From an uncultured archaeon (GTDB lineage Archaea > Thermoproteota > Nitrososphaeria > Nitrososphaerales > Gagatemarchaeaceae), in assembly GCA_963796425.1 (NCBI GenBank), contig CAWCLN010000007.1, positions 7,479 to 71,478 of the forward strand: a DNA stretch of 64,000 bases, given 5' to 3'. The first letter of the stretch is position 1; every line of letters starts with the position of its first letter. This document shows, piece by piece, positions 45,849 to 55,660 of this stretch. Both the position numbers and the translations under genes were made by a program. Below the pieces are notes generated by a model. It ran no database searches. It saw nothing but the letters and a program-made list of their open reading frames with translations, and was not told the origin of the DNA.

Positions 45849-46724
45849 CTAAGAAGTGAATTCCTTCCTCTCGAAGAGCCAAAGGCCCAGAGCTGCCGAG
45901 AGGACGAAGTAGACTGCCATTATCGCCAGCCCTTCTGGAATCGAGGCGTAGTAGGTAGTGAATGTGAATCTTCCTGCTGGGGTAAGCTGCTGGGCAGGAG
46001 GGTACGGGACCTTAAGGACGCTGCCCATAATGCCCGCCGCATAAGTAATCGAGAACCAAGGTTCAATCCCCACAACCACAGAGGTTATCTCGTCGATCAC
46101 GTTGAAGGCGAACAGGAGGAGTATGACTGTCATCAGTATGGAGATAGAGCTGCTCTTGAACAAAGAGCTGAACGTGAAGGTCAGGCCCAGCGCCGAAACC
46201 AGATAAATCCAAGCGAAGACTAGAGATTCCCCGAATTGATATGGAACAGAGGTTCCGAAGAAATACGTCCCGTTAGCCAAGGCGATTAGAGCGAAAGCCG
46301 CCAGGATTAGCGTCGACGCTCCCAAGGCGGCCAACCACTTTCCTACGTACACGACTGATCTTCTGACCGGGTTGGGTATGAGGAAGTAGCCAGTCTTGTT
46401 CTGGAATTCTCCTGATATCGCGTCTCCACCGAAGAAGGCCACTGAGAGGAGTACAACGAGGGTAGCGAAGCTGCCCCAGAAGGCCGAGTAGAATGTTAAG
46501 GCCGGGTTCTGCGATGCCGGAGCTCCGAATCCGAAGAAGGGAGGCCTGTAGTATGCAGCCGCGAAGGTGAGCAGGGCGCTGATCAGCAGAACAACTACCA
46601 ACATGACATAGAACCTTCTGGCCCTGAAGTAGTTGAGAAAGGCGTACTTCGTCACTATCCTGATCTGACTCAGGCTGCCGACCCTTGGGCTACTTCCTTC
46701 GCTCTCCGTGGACGAAGCCATCAC
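45849..46724 (-). CDS. ABC-2-type transporter permease
   Basis: 291-aa ORF with 6 TM. Overlaps the upstream ATPase gene stop by 4 nt. Confidence 0.7.
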   Translation of the reverse strand: MMASSTESEGSSPRVGSLSQIRIVTKYAFLNYFRARRFYVMLVVVLLISALLTFAAAYYRPPFFGFGAPASQNPALTFYSAFWGSFATLVVLLSVAFFGGDAISGEFQNKTGYFLIPNPVRRSVVYVGKWLAALGASTLILAAFALIALANGTYFFGTSVPYQFGESLVFAWIYLVSALGLTFTFSSLFKSSSISILMTVILLLFAFNVIDEITSVVVGIEPWFSITYAAGIMGSVLKVPYPPAQQLTPAGRFTFTTYYASIPEGLAIMAVYFVLSAALGLWLFERKEFTS

Positions 46725-47659
46725 AGGGTCTCCTTGATCAATTGGAGATAGGCGTCTTCCAGCCCGGTCGAGGTCTCTCTAAAGCTCACGACACCGACAT
46801 TCATGCCTGCAAACTGTGCAAAGAGGCGCTCCTGAGCTTGTATCCCTCCCCTGAACCTGATGCTGAGGTGTCTTATGTCAGTCTTGTCCGCTTTGTCCAC
46901 TCCCTCAAGGCGCAGAACCGTTGACACAGTTTCCTCGGCCAAATCGCGGGAAAACCCGACCTCCGCCGCCCCTCCGTCTCCAGCGAACTTCGCGGTCACG
47001 TTCTCGATTGTATCGTACACAATGAGCTTTCCGTGGTCTATCATCGCGACCTCTTGGCAGACTTCTGTGACCTCACTCAGGAGATGAGAGCTCATGAATA
47101 CAAGCCTGTTTCCGAGCGACTTCACTATGTCTCTTACTTCGCTCATCCCCCGGGGGTCGAGCCCTGTGGAAGGCTCGTCCAGTATTACGACCTGCGGATT
47201 GCTTAGCAAGGTGGAAGCCACGTTCACTCGTTGCTTCATCCCCTTTGAGTAGCTGCCAACCTTCTTGTCCGCCCATTCCTGCATCTTGACCTTCCCCAGC
47301 GCCTCGTCGATCCGCTTTGCCCTCTCTTCCTTCGGGACGCCCCGCAGCTCAGACAGCATCATCAGTGCTTCCCGGGCCGTCAAGGAGGGATAGATCTCGG
47401 GCGTTTCTATCAGCGATGCGCACGAGCCGAGAGCCTTCTTCTTGTCCTCTTTGATATCGACGCCGTTGATTAGGGCCCTCCCCTGAGTCGGCGAAATGAG
47501 GCCCGTGAACATCTTCATCGTCGTGGTCTTGCCTGCACCGTTGGGACCCAGGAAACCAATGCACTTGGTGCCCTCGAGCTTCAGGCTGAGTTCCGAAACG
47601 GCGGCAAAGGACCCGAACGACTTAGAGAGATTCACTGCCTCGATTGAGGACCTTGGCAT
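46721..47659 (-). CDS. ABC transporter ATP-binding protein (ABC-2/DrrA-like)
   Basis: Walker A 'GFLGPNGAGKTTT', signature 'YSKGMKQRV' and Walker B 'VVILDEPSTGLD'. Confidence 0.9.
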   Translation of the reverse strand: MPRSSIEAVNLSKSFGSFAAVSELSLKLEGTKCIGFLGPNGAGKTTTMKMFTGLISPTQGRALINGVDIKEDKKKALGSCASLIETPEIYPSLTAREALMMLSELRGVPKEERAKRIDEALGKVKMQEWADKKVGSYSKGMKQRVNVASTLLSNPQVVILDEPSTGLDPRGMSEVRDIVKSLGNRLVFMSSHLLSEVTEVCQEVAMIDHGKLIVYDTIENVTAKFAGDGGAAEVGFSRDLAEETVSTVLRLEGVDKADKTDIRHLSIRFRGGIQAQERLFAQFAGMNVGVVSFRETSTGLEDAYLQLIKETL

Positions 47660-47685
47660 GTCTTCTTGCCCCCCTACTTGACTAC

Positions 47686-48072
47686 CTATCTAAATAGATA
47701 GAGGGTCGCTCCGAGGGTCACGATCGCGAGTGCTGATATGACGATGAGCGACGATGCTATGTCTCCTGCCAAGTTCCCAGTAACGAAGGTGCTCGGCAGA
47801 GACAGGTCGCGCACGGCGTTGACTGCGAAGCTTATCGGGTTGACTCCGGACACGCTCGCCATCCAGTCGGGCATCGCCGTTGCGGGCACGAGTGCAGTGC
47901 TCATGAAGAGCAGAGGGAAGGTCAGGAAACCACCAATCCCGAAGACGGTCTCGGCGCTGCGCGTGCGCAGCCCAATGGCGAGCGATATTCCTGACCATGC
48001 CAGACCGAAGAAGACGAAAAGGAAGCCGAACAAGACCATTGCGCCAACCGCCATCACAGAAGCGGCTCTCAA
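47686..48072 (-). pseudogene. C-terminal half of an ABC-2-type permease (probable gene remnant)
   Basis: A 128-aa ORF matching only the last ~3 TM of ABC-2 permeases ('...PATAMPDWMASVSGVNPISFAVNAVRDL'). A stop lies 10 codons upstream of the TTG start, and no N-terminal half is present in any frame. Confidence 0.4.
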
Positions 48073-48304
48073 ATCAGAGATTAGGACACCGGCGGGGACT
48101 TACGCCTTATCGAATAGGATGGGAGCGCAGACTCTCTCCGGACCGAGCCAGCATTAGGCTGCCTGTTAGTTTGCTATCTTGACCCGCGCGCGGCCATCAC
48201 GCGAAATGACGCACCCGTCAGAAACACCCGAAGATGGGACAGAACCCTCGGCGCATCTTGCAATCTTTAATGTCACTCCTTGAGGCGCATCCCAGACCCT
48301 CTTC

Positions 48305-49333
48305 TTGACCGCGCTTCTTCCCCCGCAACTCGATCTCTCCATCTATGTGTCTCTCGCCTTCCTCTTCGGAATAGCAGCACAGTTCACCGCAATGGACGGG
48401 TACACCTTCTTGCGGAGGACGGTCGCGACCCTCGAAGGGAAGATAGGAATACTGTATTCGATTGTGGTTGTCACATGCCTCTTCTCTCCATTCATCCTCA
48501 ACGACGTTGTCATCATCATCCTCACTCCGGTCGTCGTCAGGTATGCCAAGCACTTCGACATCGATGCCGCCCCCTTGCTGGTTGCGGAGATCACGATGAC
48601 GAACATCGCGAGCTCTCTGACGCCCCTGGGAAACCCGCAGAACATCCTGCTCTGGCAGGCTTCGGGTGCGACCGTGGCTCAATTCATCTCTGGGACGTGG
48701 CTACCTGTCGCGATCTCTGGGGTCATAGGATGCCTGATACTCCTTCCGTTTGCCATGAGGAGTGGGGGTGCGAGGGAACTCCCTTCATCCATAGGATCAA
48801 TCCTCCCTGCAATCTACCTGTGCCTGGTGACGGCGACCATAGTAGCCGCAAGCCTGCTCAGACTCCCCCCGTACATCTCGCTCGGGACGAGCTTCCTTGT
48901 CGGGTTCCTTTTCACCATGCGCTCTCTCGGGCAGGTCTTCAGGGAGTTCGACTTCAGGAGTCTGGCAACCCTGTATGCATTCGTCGCCTCAGTCACGGTC
49001 CTTTCCATCCTCGTAATGCCGGTTGTCAGTCCCTACGTGCTGCCTGCCGCACAGGGGTCTCAGCCTTATTCTGCCGTATTCATTGGGATAACCTCGAATA
49101 TCATAAGCAACGTCCCGGTTACTCAGCTGGTTCTGAGCACGACTCACGTTTCTGCCTCGGTCGCGCCAAGAATAGCGGTCGAAGCTGGTCTCGCTGGGAA
49201 TCTCAGTCCCGTGGCGTCCTTCGCGAACATACTCGCCCTTCAGATCGCGAGGCGGGGGGGCGTCCCAATCAGGAAGACGATAGCCCTGCAGTTTCTGATT
49301 GGTCTGGCGTGCTTTCTCCCGGCAATGCTGTGA
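48305..49333 (+). CDS. ArsB/NhaD-superfamily anion permease (YbiR-like)
   Basis: 342-aa polytopic ORF with 'ITMTNIASSLTPLGNPQNILLWQ' and 'ITSNIISNVPVTQLV'. TTG start. The overlapping 357-aa ORF in another frame is Arg/Pro-rich and was rejected. Confidence 0.75.
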   Translation: MTALLPPQLDLSIYVSLAFLFGIAAQFTAMDGYTFLRRTVATLEGKIGILYSIVVVTCLFSPFILNDVVIIILTPVVVRYAKHFDIDAAPLLVAEITMTNIASSLTPLGNPQNILLWQASGATVAQFISGTWLPVAISGVIGCLILLPFAMRSGGARELPSSIGSILPAIYLCLVTATIVAASLLRLPPYISLGTSFLVGFLFTMRSLGQVFREFDFRSLATLYAFVASVTVLSILVMPVVSPYVLPAAQGSQPYSAVFIGITSNIISNVPVTQLVLSTTHVSASVAPRIAVEAGLAGNLSPVASFANILALQIARRGGVPIRKTIALQFLIGLACFLPAML

Positions 49334-49349
49334 GAGGGTGCGCGCGCGC

Positions 49350-49868
49350 TTAGCCGTATACTCCACTCGGAGGCAGGGTCTCCTTCGTCATCGCCGTTAT
49401 CAGCGAGGTTGAGTAACCGGCCTTCTCTGCGAGTGCCTTCGCTATTTCAGCCGTACCCACGAGACCCACCATGTTTCCCTTCTCATCTACGACCGGCAGC
49501 CTCCTCACCTTGTTCGTCGTCATCGCCTTGAGCGCCTCCTCGATGCTGGTGTCGCGAGGTGTGACTACGATCCGAGACGTCATCACGGCCTCGACTTTCG
49601 TCGTATTGGGTGAGACGCCCTTTCCAACGACCCTTCTGGTGATGTCCCGCTCTGTGATTATCCCAACTATCTTCCCTTTCGACTTCACGAAGACGCAGGA
49701 AGAGTCGTTCTTCTCCATCGCCTTGGCCGCCTGCATGACCGTGGCATCAGCTGGAATCGTGAGGGGGTTCGGACTCATTATCTCCTTTACCTTCAGGTCT
49801 AGCTTCTTGAGCGCCTCTTCTTCGCTGCCGCCAGAAGAAGCCTCTTCTTCGTCGTCATCGGAAGACAT
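49350..49868 (-). CDS. CBS-domain pair protein with acidic N-terminal tail
   Basis: 'MSSDDDEEEASSGGSEEE' is followed by two CBS repeats ('GKIVGIITERDI' and 'GNMVGLVGTAEI'). Confidence 0.8.
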   Translation of the reverse strand: MSSDDDEEEASSGGSEEEALKKLDLKVKEIMSPNPLTIPADATVMQAAKAMEKNDSSCVFVKSKGKIVGIITERDITRRVVGKGVSPNTTKVEAVMTSRIVVTPRDTSIEEALKAMTTNKVRRLPVVDEKGNMVGLVGTAEIAKALAEKAGYSTSLITAMTKETLPPSGVYG

Positions 49869-49984
49869 GGTTGGTGAGCTTTGGGCCTCTTCATTATAAG
49901 GTCACCCACACTCAGACCCCAACGCAAGCCTGCCTTCGGAGCCCACCTGCTGGTGGAGGCGAGCACCTAAGATGCTACAGTGAG

Positions 49985-50239
49985 TCAGGGAGAGGGTTGA
50001 GCCTCTTCGACTGCCTTTACTGCTTGCCTTTCCTTAGACCTGAACAAGAGCAGAACGACGAACATGATTACAGAGAGTGCGACCACAATCGTGAGCAGGT
50101 AATTGATCGGGACTAGCAGGTGTTGGGGACTGCCGACATCAAGGATGCTGAGGGCCGTGATGATTGCGATGCAGATGTCCAAGACCAGAGAGGCATAGGC
50201 CAACCTATCGAGTGTCTTCCTGATTCTGGCCGAGTTCAC
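49985..50239 (-). CDS. Small membrane protein
   Basis: 84-aa ORF with two hydrophobic helices. No family recognised. Confidence 0.35.
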   Translation of the reverse strand: MNSARIRKTLDRLAYASLVLDICIAIITALSILDVGSPQHLLVPINYLLTIVVALSVIMFVVLLLFRSKERQAVKAVEEAQPSP

Positions 50240-50366
50240 ATCCTGTCACTCAGGAAGCCCTTCGGTCGATTTGGTTAAGACTTTCCTATCGGTAAAAAGC
50301 CCCATTATTAGGGTTCGGCGTACCGAGTGATAACCTTAGATTGAATCACCCACATCCTTCTGCGCT

Positions 50367-51773
50367 GTGAGAAGGACTAAGATCGTCTGTACGATAGGGC
50401 CGGCGAGTAGTGCGGCACGTATCGTCAGAAACCTCGTCTCCCAGGTCGATGTCTTCAGGATCAACTTCTCTCACGGCGACGCGGCCAGCCATCTCAGCGA
50501 AATCAGGACCATCAGGTCGGAGGCGAGGCGGGCCGGGAAGACAGTCGCCATCCTCCAGGACCTCCCAGGACCCAAGATCAGGGTCGGGAGGATGCTCAAT
50601 GGGTCCTCAGACCTTGAAAGAGGCTCCCAGATTCTTCTGACCAAGTCTGTACTAGAAGGCGATTCGAGACGCGTCAGCGTGAACAACCCTGATCTCATCG
50701 ATTCCGTGCAGAGAGGCGATGTCCTCCACCTTGCCGATGGCATCATCAGGCTCAGGGTGAAGGAGAAGCAGGGTGACGGCGTCCTGTGCCTGGTTCTTGC
50801 GGGCGGCACTTTGGGCTCGGGCAAAGGGGTCAACGCACCCGGCGTCAGGCTGAACACCCAGTTTCCAACGCCCGCGGATGTCGCTCACCTCAGGTTCGGA
50901 ATCAGCCAGGGGGTCGATTTCGTCGCTGCTTCATTTCTCAGGACTGCGGCCGACCTGCGGGCCATCAGGAGACTTCTCCCGGAAAACGGGCCGCTCCTCG
51001 TCGCGAAGATTGAAAAGAGAGAGGCTGTCAGGAACTTTGACCCGATACTCGCCGAGGCTGACGGAATAATGGTCGCCCGCGGTGACCTTGGAATCGAGGT
51101 GCCCATTGAGACGGTCCCCGCGATTCAGAAGGAGATAATCAGGAAATGCAACAAGGCGGGAAAGCCCGTGATAGTCGCGACGCAGATGCTGATTAGCATG
51201 GTGAATTTTCCAGTCCCCACTCGAGCCGAAGTGACCGACGTCTCCACGGCGATCTTGGACGGGACAGACGCCGTGATGCTGTCAGACGAGACGACCGTAG
51301 GAAAGTATCCGGTGGAGGCCGTGAGAATGCTCGACAAGATCTCCCGGGCAACGGAGAAGTCGCCCGAATCATACGTCAGGTCCTGGGCTGAGTCTGAGAC
51401 CCAGGACACCGGAGAGGCGATCGGAAGGGCCGCCTGTGGGCTTGCCGACTACGTGGGCGCGAAGGTGATCGTCGCTCCCACAGAGACGGGTTCGACCGCC
51501 CGAAGGGTAGCGATGTGCAGACCACTCCAGCCGATAGTGGCTATGTGCACCGACCCTAGAATCGCCAGGAGAATGAAGCTCTTCCGTGGTGTCATCCCCG
51601 TGGTTTCGCGGAGGGCCGAGACCCTGGACTGGCTCCTCGCAAGGGCAGGTCTCGTGTCAGTTCGGCTGGGCCTTGCCAAGAAGGGAGACCGGATAGTTGT
51701 CACCTCGGGGACCCCAGGAATGAAAGGCACTACGAACCTGATCAAGGTCTCAGTCGTGGGCGGCCGAGCTTGA
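50367..51773 (+). CDS. pyk: Pyruvate kinase
   Basis: GTG start. Contains 'RRTKIVCTIGPAS', 'MVARGDLGIE' and 'ATQMLISM'. 468 aa. Confidence 0.95.
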   Translation: MRRTKIVCTIGPASSAARIVRNLVSQVDVFRINFSHGDAASHLSEIRTIRSEARRAGKTVAILQDLPGPKIRVGRMLNGSSDLERGSQILLTKSVLEGDSRRVSVNNPDLIDSVQRGDVLHLADGIIRLRVKEKQGDGVLCLVLAGGTLGSGKGVNAPGVRLNTQFPTPADVAHLRFGISQGVDFVAASFLRTAADLRAIRRLLPENGPLLVAKIEKREAVRNFDPILAEADGIMVARGDLGIEVPIETVPAIQKEIIRKCNKAGKPVIVATQMLISMVNFPVPTRAEVTDVSTAILDGTDAVMLSDETTVGKYPVEAVRMLDKISRATEKSPESYVRSWAESETQDTGEAIGRAACGLADYVGAKVIVAPTETGSTARRVAMCRPLQPIVAMCTDPRIARRMKLFRGVIPVVSRRAETLDWLLARAGLVSVRLGLAKKGDRIVVTSGTPGMKGTTNLIKVSVVGGRA

Positions 51774-51783
51774 GCGGTCTCCT

Positions 51784-53334
51784 TCAGGTGAAGTCGAGGA
51801 GGGTCGGGTTCTTCGTGCGGCGCCTCGGGAGCCTTTGGTCTGTCCGACCGACGAGCTCCTTCATCCGGTTCTCTTTGAAGAGCGTGCTGTAGTAGTACGC
51901 CTCATCCACCGTACCCTCGGCAAGAAGGATAACGACCTTCCCTTCTGTGGTCCTTCCTGTCCTCCCCCTCCTCTGGATGTACCTGATCTCCGACGGGACC
52001 GCCTCGTAGAAGACCACGAGGTCGACGTCAGGTACGTGAAGGCCCTCTTCCCCTATGCTGCTGCTCACCAAGATTCTGAACTCGCCTTCTCTGAACTTCT
52101 CTAGAACATTGGTCTGCGTCTGCTGGTCCATCCCCTCGCTTCCCACTCGGTCCGATTGCCCCACGAACCTCTGGGCCACGAGCCCTTCTCGCGACAGAGC
52201 TTCGACGATGTCTTCTATCATGTCCCTGTACTGGGTGAAGACGATGATTCTGGAGTCATCCTTCTTGGCCAGTTGCTCCTTGACAACCTTCAACAGGACC
52301 TTTACCTTCGGATGCTCCAAAGACTTCAGCACCTCGGCCTCTTCTTCTATTCTGAGCCACCTCGGGTCTTTGATCAGCGAAGTGGTCGCCTTTCCCTTGT
52401 CTTCCTTCTCACGTAGCTTCCTCAGATACCTCTCGAGGGACGGGGCACCTTGGGTCTCAATCATCTCCAGGGCGTGGAGAACGACCACGGCCTGGGTCTG
52501 GTTGATGATTGCTCCAAAGACGTACCCTCTTTGGCCGCCCTGCGCCTGAGCCGTCCGGAGCCTCGCCGAGATTGTCGATCTCGCTTCCAGGAGGGCCTTC
52601 TTCGAGACCCTGTTGTCTCTCAGGAATCCGCCGGCGAGCAGCTTCTTTACCTTCTCGTTATAGAGCTCCCTCAGCCTCAGTGTGACGTCGTAGTATTCAT
52701 CGAATGCCTTGACCTTTATCACCTCGATGTTGGTTCGTTCCACGTACTCGCGGACGTCCTCGCTCTGCTCAGTCCTCGCCTCGATTTTCTCGATAAACAG
52801 ACTCTTCTTGATCTCGTCTATCCTCTCCTTCGAAGAGCCAGGTGAAGCTGTCAGCCCCAGAATGAGGGGATGGTCCGAGTACTCTCGGTACGCCTCTGCC
52901 AATTTCGTGTATGTGTAGTCCTTCACGCTTCGATGGGCTTCGTCGAAGACCGCCAACACGACCTCTTTCAACGAAACTCTCCCATGCCTGACGTCGTTGT
53001 AAACCGTCTGCGGCGTCGCGAAGATGAGTCGGGCCTTCAACCAGAGTAGCTCCCGAGAGCCCGGCTCCACCGTCCCAGTCAGCACAGCGAAGGATTCTTC
53101 CGGCAGGTGAATGTGCTTCCTGAAGGTCTGGAAGTGCTGGATCACAAGGGGCCGCGTCGGTGCCAGTACCATCACCTTTGAATCAGGACCCCTCTGGAGC
53201 ACTTCTGCGGCGACCATGATGGCTATCATTGTCTTGCCCAGTCCTGTCGGGAGCACGACCAGCGTGTTAGTGTCAGCGGCCGTTCTGGCTATCCTCTTCT
53301 GGTATTCACGGGCCCGGAAGCTATCTACAAGCAA
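51784..53334 (-). CDS. Hef/FANCM/COG1111-type SF2 helicase (helicase-only; no ERCC4 nuclease domain)
   Basis: Contains 'REYQKRIA', Walker A 'VVLPTGLGKT', 'FDEAHRS' and motif VI 'QRRGRTGR'. 516 aa ending right after the helicase core. TTG start. Confidence 0.85.
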   Translation of the reverse strand: MLVDSFRAREYQKRIARTAADTNTLVVLPTGLGKTMIAIMVAAEVLQRGPDSKVMVLAPTRPLVIQHFQTFRKHIHLPEESFAVLTGTVEPGSRELLWLKARLIFATPQTVYNDVRHGRVSLKEVVLAVFDEAHRSVKDYTYTKLAEAYREYSDHPLILGLTASPGSSKERIDEIKKSLFIEKIEARTEQSEDVREYVERTNIEVIKVKAFDEYYDVTLRLRELYNEKVKKLLAGGFLRDNRVSKKALLEARSTISARLRTAQAQGGQRGYVFGAIINQTQAVVVLHALEMIETQGAPSLERYLRKLREKEDKGKATTSLIKDPRWLRIEEEAEVLKSLEHPKVKVLLKVVKEQLAKKDDSRIIVFTQYRDMIEDIVEALSREGLVAQRFVGQSDRVGSEGMDQQTQTNVLEKFREGEFRILVSSSIGEEGLHVPDVDLVVFYEAVPSEIRYIQRRGRTGRTTEGKVVILLAEGTVDEAYYYSTLFKENRMKELVGRTDQRLPRRRTKNPTLLDFT

Positions 53335-53495
53335 GGAATCCTTTCTGATTCAGTCGATACGCAGTTCGACTAAAAGCCTTCCTAGAATGAGTGAGCAGAG
53401 ACCTATCAGCCTGCCGCGATTCCATTTGCGCCACTCGGCTTAAGAACGAGCACGAAGGGGGCTTGGGCTCAGGTGTATCACGCTTGCGTGCCAGG

Positions 53496-54368
53496 ATGAA
53501 GAGGAGGCAGATGGTCAGGAGGCTCGAGATCGTCGCTGTCGTGGTCGTGGTCGCAGTCTCCCTGGTAGTTGGCTTCTATCTGGCGCTTAACACCAACTCC
53601 AACAACGCCCTCGACGGCAAAGGTGTTTCTACGACAGACTTGACTGATCTGCGTCAGGCCTCGTTGGCGTCGTACGGCACGTCGGGTTCGCTGACACAAG
53701 TGAAGAGTTTGACCGGCCCGCCCTACTCTACGAACGGAAAGCCCATTGTAGTCTATGTCGGAGCAGATTACTGCCTCTACTGCGCCGTCCAGAGATGGCC
53801 CTTGATCATGGCACTGATGCGCTTCGGCAACTTCACGAACCTCGAGTACATGCACTCAAGCACGGGGGATGGTAATTACGCTACTTTCACCTTCGTTGCG
53901 AGTAGCTATCAAAGCCATTTCCTTGTCTTCCGGCCCTACGAGGTCTCTGACAGGGCCGGGAACCCCCTTCAGACTCTTCCGACGAACTACACTTCCACCT
54001 TCACGCAGTACGGGGGGTCAAGCTACCCCTTCCTCAATTTCAACAATGAATCCTACATCAAGGGGGCAATTGTGGATCCTGCAATACTGGGCACGAAAAA
54101 CCAGACCCAGATAGTCTCTTCAATTCAGGCTGGGGACTCGTTAGGGAGTCAGATCAAACAGGCAGCCAACGTGATGACCGCCGTCCTCTGCAAGCTCACG
54201 AACAACAATCCGGGTTCAGTCTGCACCAACCCAATCATAGAGGCCACTGTTTCGTACACTCTTCCCTCCACGAGCTCATACTCTGAGCTCCTCCTGGCAG
54301 GCACCTCCTTCACCACTTCGTCGGACGGTTCATTGCCGGACAAGATTGCGGCGGTTGGAATTAGATGA
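53496..54368 (+). CDS. DUF929-family thioredoxin-like protein, N-terminally membrane anchored
   Basis: ATG 53496 gives '[29 protein letters not shown]'. CxxC in '[22 protein letters not shown]'. ATGA overlap with the VKOR gene. Confidence 0.7.
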   Translation: MKRRQMVRRLEIVAVVVVVAVSLVVGFYLALNTNSNNALDGKGVSTTDLTDLRQASLASYGTSGSLTQVKSLTGPPYSTNGKPIVVYVGADYCLYCAVQRWPLIMALMRFGNFTNLEYMHSSTGDGNYATFTFVASSYQSHFLVFRPYEVSDRAGNPLQTLPTNYTSTFTQYGGSSYPFLNFNNESYIKGAIVDPAILGTKNQTQIVSSIQAGDSLGSQIKQAANVMTAVLCKLTNNNPGSVCTNPIIEATVSYTLPSTSSYSELLLAGTSFTTSSDGSLPDKIAAVGIR

Positions 54369-54889
54369 AAGCAAGTCCGCTGAAGCTGCTGATACTGGTA
54401 GTGATGTCCGTCGTAGGACTCGTCGCTTCCTCGATCGTACTCTACCTCTACAACACGCTTCATCAGCTGCCACCGTACTGCAGCTCTACCCAGACCTTTT
54501 GGGGAATATCGCTCAACTGCGGGGTTGTCCTCGGAAGCAGCTACAACTCGGTTTACGGTTTCAACCTCGACATTCTGGCTGTCACATACTTCATCGTCAA
54601 CCTGGCCCTGATCTTCCTCGTCGCATTTGGAAGCGACTGGCTCTACGAGAGGGCGTTCAAGGTATTGTTCGCGTGGAGGTTTGTCGGACTCGCGATAGTC
54701 CCTTACCTGATGACTGTCGAATTCATCATTCTGAAGACCGTCTGCATATATTGCACGATTATGCATCTGTCGATTCTGGTAGATTTCGTCATAATCACAT
54801 ACTTCATCTTCTACAAGAAGAACATCAGAACCTTCCTCACTTCGAGCCCCGAAATTGGTCGCCACTCTTCTGACACTCTGCAGCCCTAA
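54365..54889 (+). CDS. Vitamin K epoxide reductase (VKOR) family protein
   Basis: Four TM. Loop cysteines ('PPYC', 'LNC'), 'SSYNSVYG', and the active-site CxxC 'VCIYCTIMH' in the last TM. Confidence 0.75.
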   Translation: MKASPLKLLILVVMSVVGLVASSIVLYLYNTLHQLPPYCSSTQTFWGISLNCGVVLGSSYNSVYGFNLDILAVTYFIVNLALIFLVAFGSDWLYERAFKVLFAWRFVGLAIVPYLMTVEFIILKTVCIYCTIMHLSILVDFVIITYFIFYKKNIRTFLTSSPEIGRHSSDTLQP

Positions 54890-55025
54890 TCAGAACGAGA
54901 TCTTTCGACGCCTCCTGCCTGAGTTGGAGGGGTTGCTGGCTCGTCTGACAGTCTCAAGTGAAGGCCCGGGGGGTGTAATCTTCTCAAGTGTGAAAGGGAC
55001 TCTATCGGGGTCTTGGGGCAGATTA

Positions 55026-55592
55026 TCAGGTCCCTGCCGTCAGCATGTCAATCTTCGTGATTATCCCGAGCACCTTCTCTTCTGAGATCACCATCACTGC
55101 AGGCAGATAACCGAACAGCGAGAAGAGCGCTTCCACCGGAGTATCTTTGCCGACGGATGCAAAGACCGGTTGAATGTGGTCTCTGACCTTCTGATTCAAG
55201 ACCTCTGCTGGATCCGGAGCCGTCGCCAAGAGGTCGAGGATACGCCCCTCCGTTATGGTGCCCACCATTCTGTCTCCAGAAAAAACCGGCATCTGGGAAA
55301 ACGCTTTCTTCTTCATCATCGCGACGCACTCGGAGAGTCTCGCGTCGCTGTTGACGCCTATCGCTGGCGAGGACATGACATCGGCTGCCTTCTTCCCCTT
55401 GGCGACGATCCTCGAATTCAGAGCTACCGAGATCGCCTTGAGTGTCTTGAAGGTAGGGTCGACCGCACCTGCCTCCACCTTCGCCACTATCGACTGGCTG
55501 ACCCCGGCCGCTTTGGCGAGGCCTGCCTGAGTGCACCCCAGCTGCAGGCGTATCCGTTTCAGCTGTTTGGGGTCTATCAGCTGCACCGCCAT
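55026..55592 (-). CDS. XRE-type HTH + CBS-pair transcriptional regulator
   Basis: N-terminal 'LKRIRLQLGCTQAGLAKAAGVSQSIVAKVE' followed by two CBS repeats. Confidence 0.8.
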   Translation of the reverse strand: MAVQLIDPKQLKRIRLQLGCTQAGLAKAAGVSQSIVAKVEAGAVDPTFKTLKAISVALNSRIVAKGKKAADVMSSPAIGVNSDARLSECVAMMKKKAFSQMPVFSGDRMVGTITEGRILDLLATAPDPAEVLNQKVRDHIQPVFASVGKDTPVEALFSLFGYLPAVMVISEEKVLGIITKIDMLTAGT

Positions 55593-55624
55593 TATTCTCT
55601 CAGGAATATCCTCGTCACGAACCC

Positions 55625-55630
55625 ATATAA
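55625..55630 (+). promoter_or_regulatory. TATA-like box upstream of metK
   Basis: 'atataa' lies about 31-36 nt upstream of ATG 55661. Confidence 0.3.
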
Positions 55631-55660
55631 GCCATTACTTGCGCGCCTGCTTCAGTAAGC

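Noticed and set aside
48280-49353. A 357-aa plus-strand ORF overlapping the ArsB/NhaD-like permease in another frame.
   Set aside because: Its composition is Arg/Pro/His-rich and non-protein-like. The alternative frame encodes a coherent polytopic permease with family motifs.
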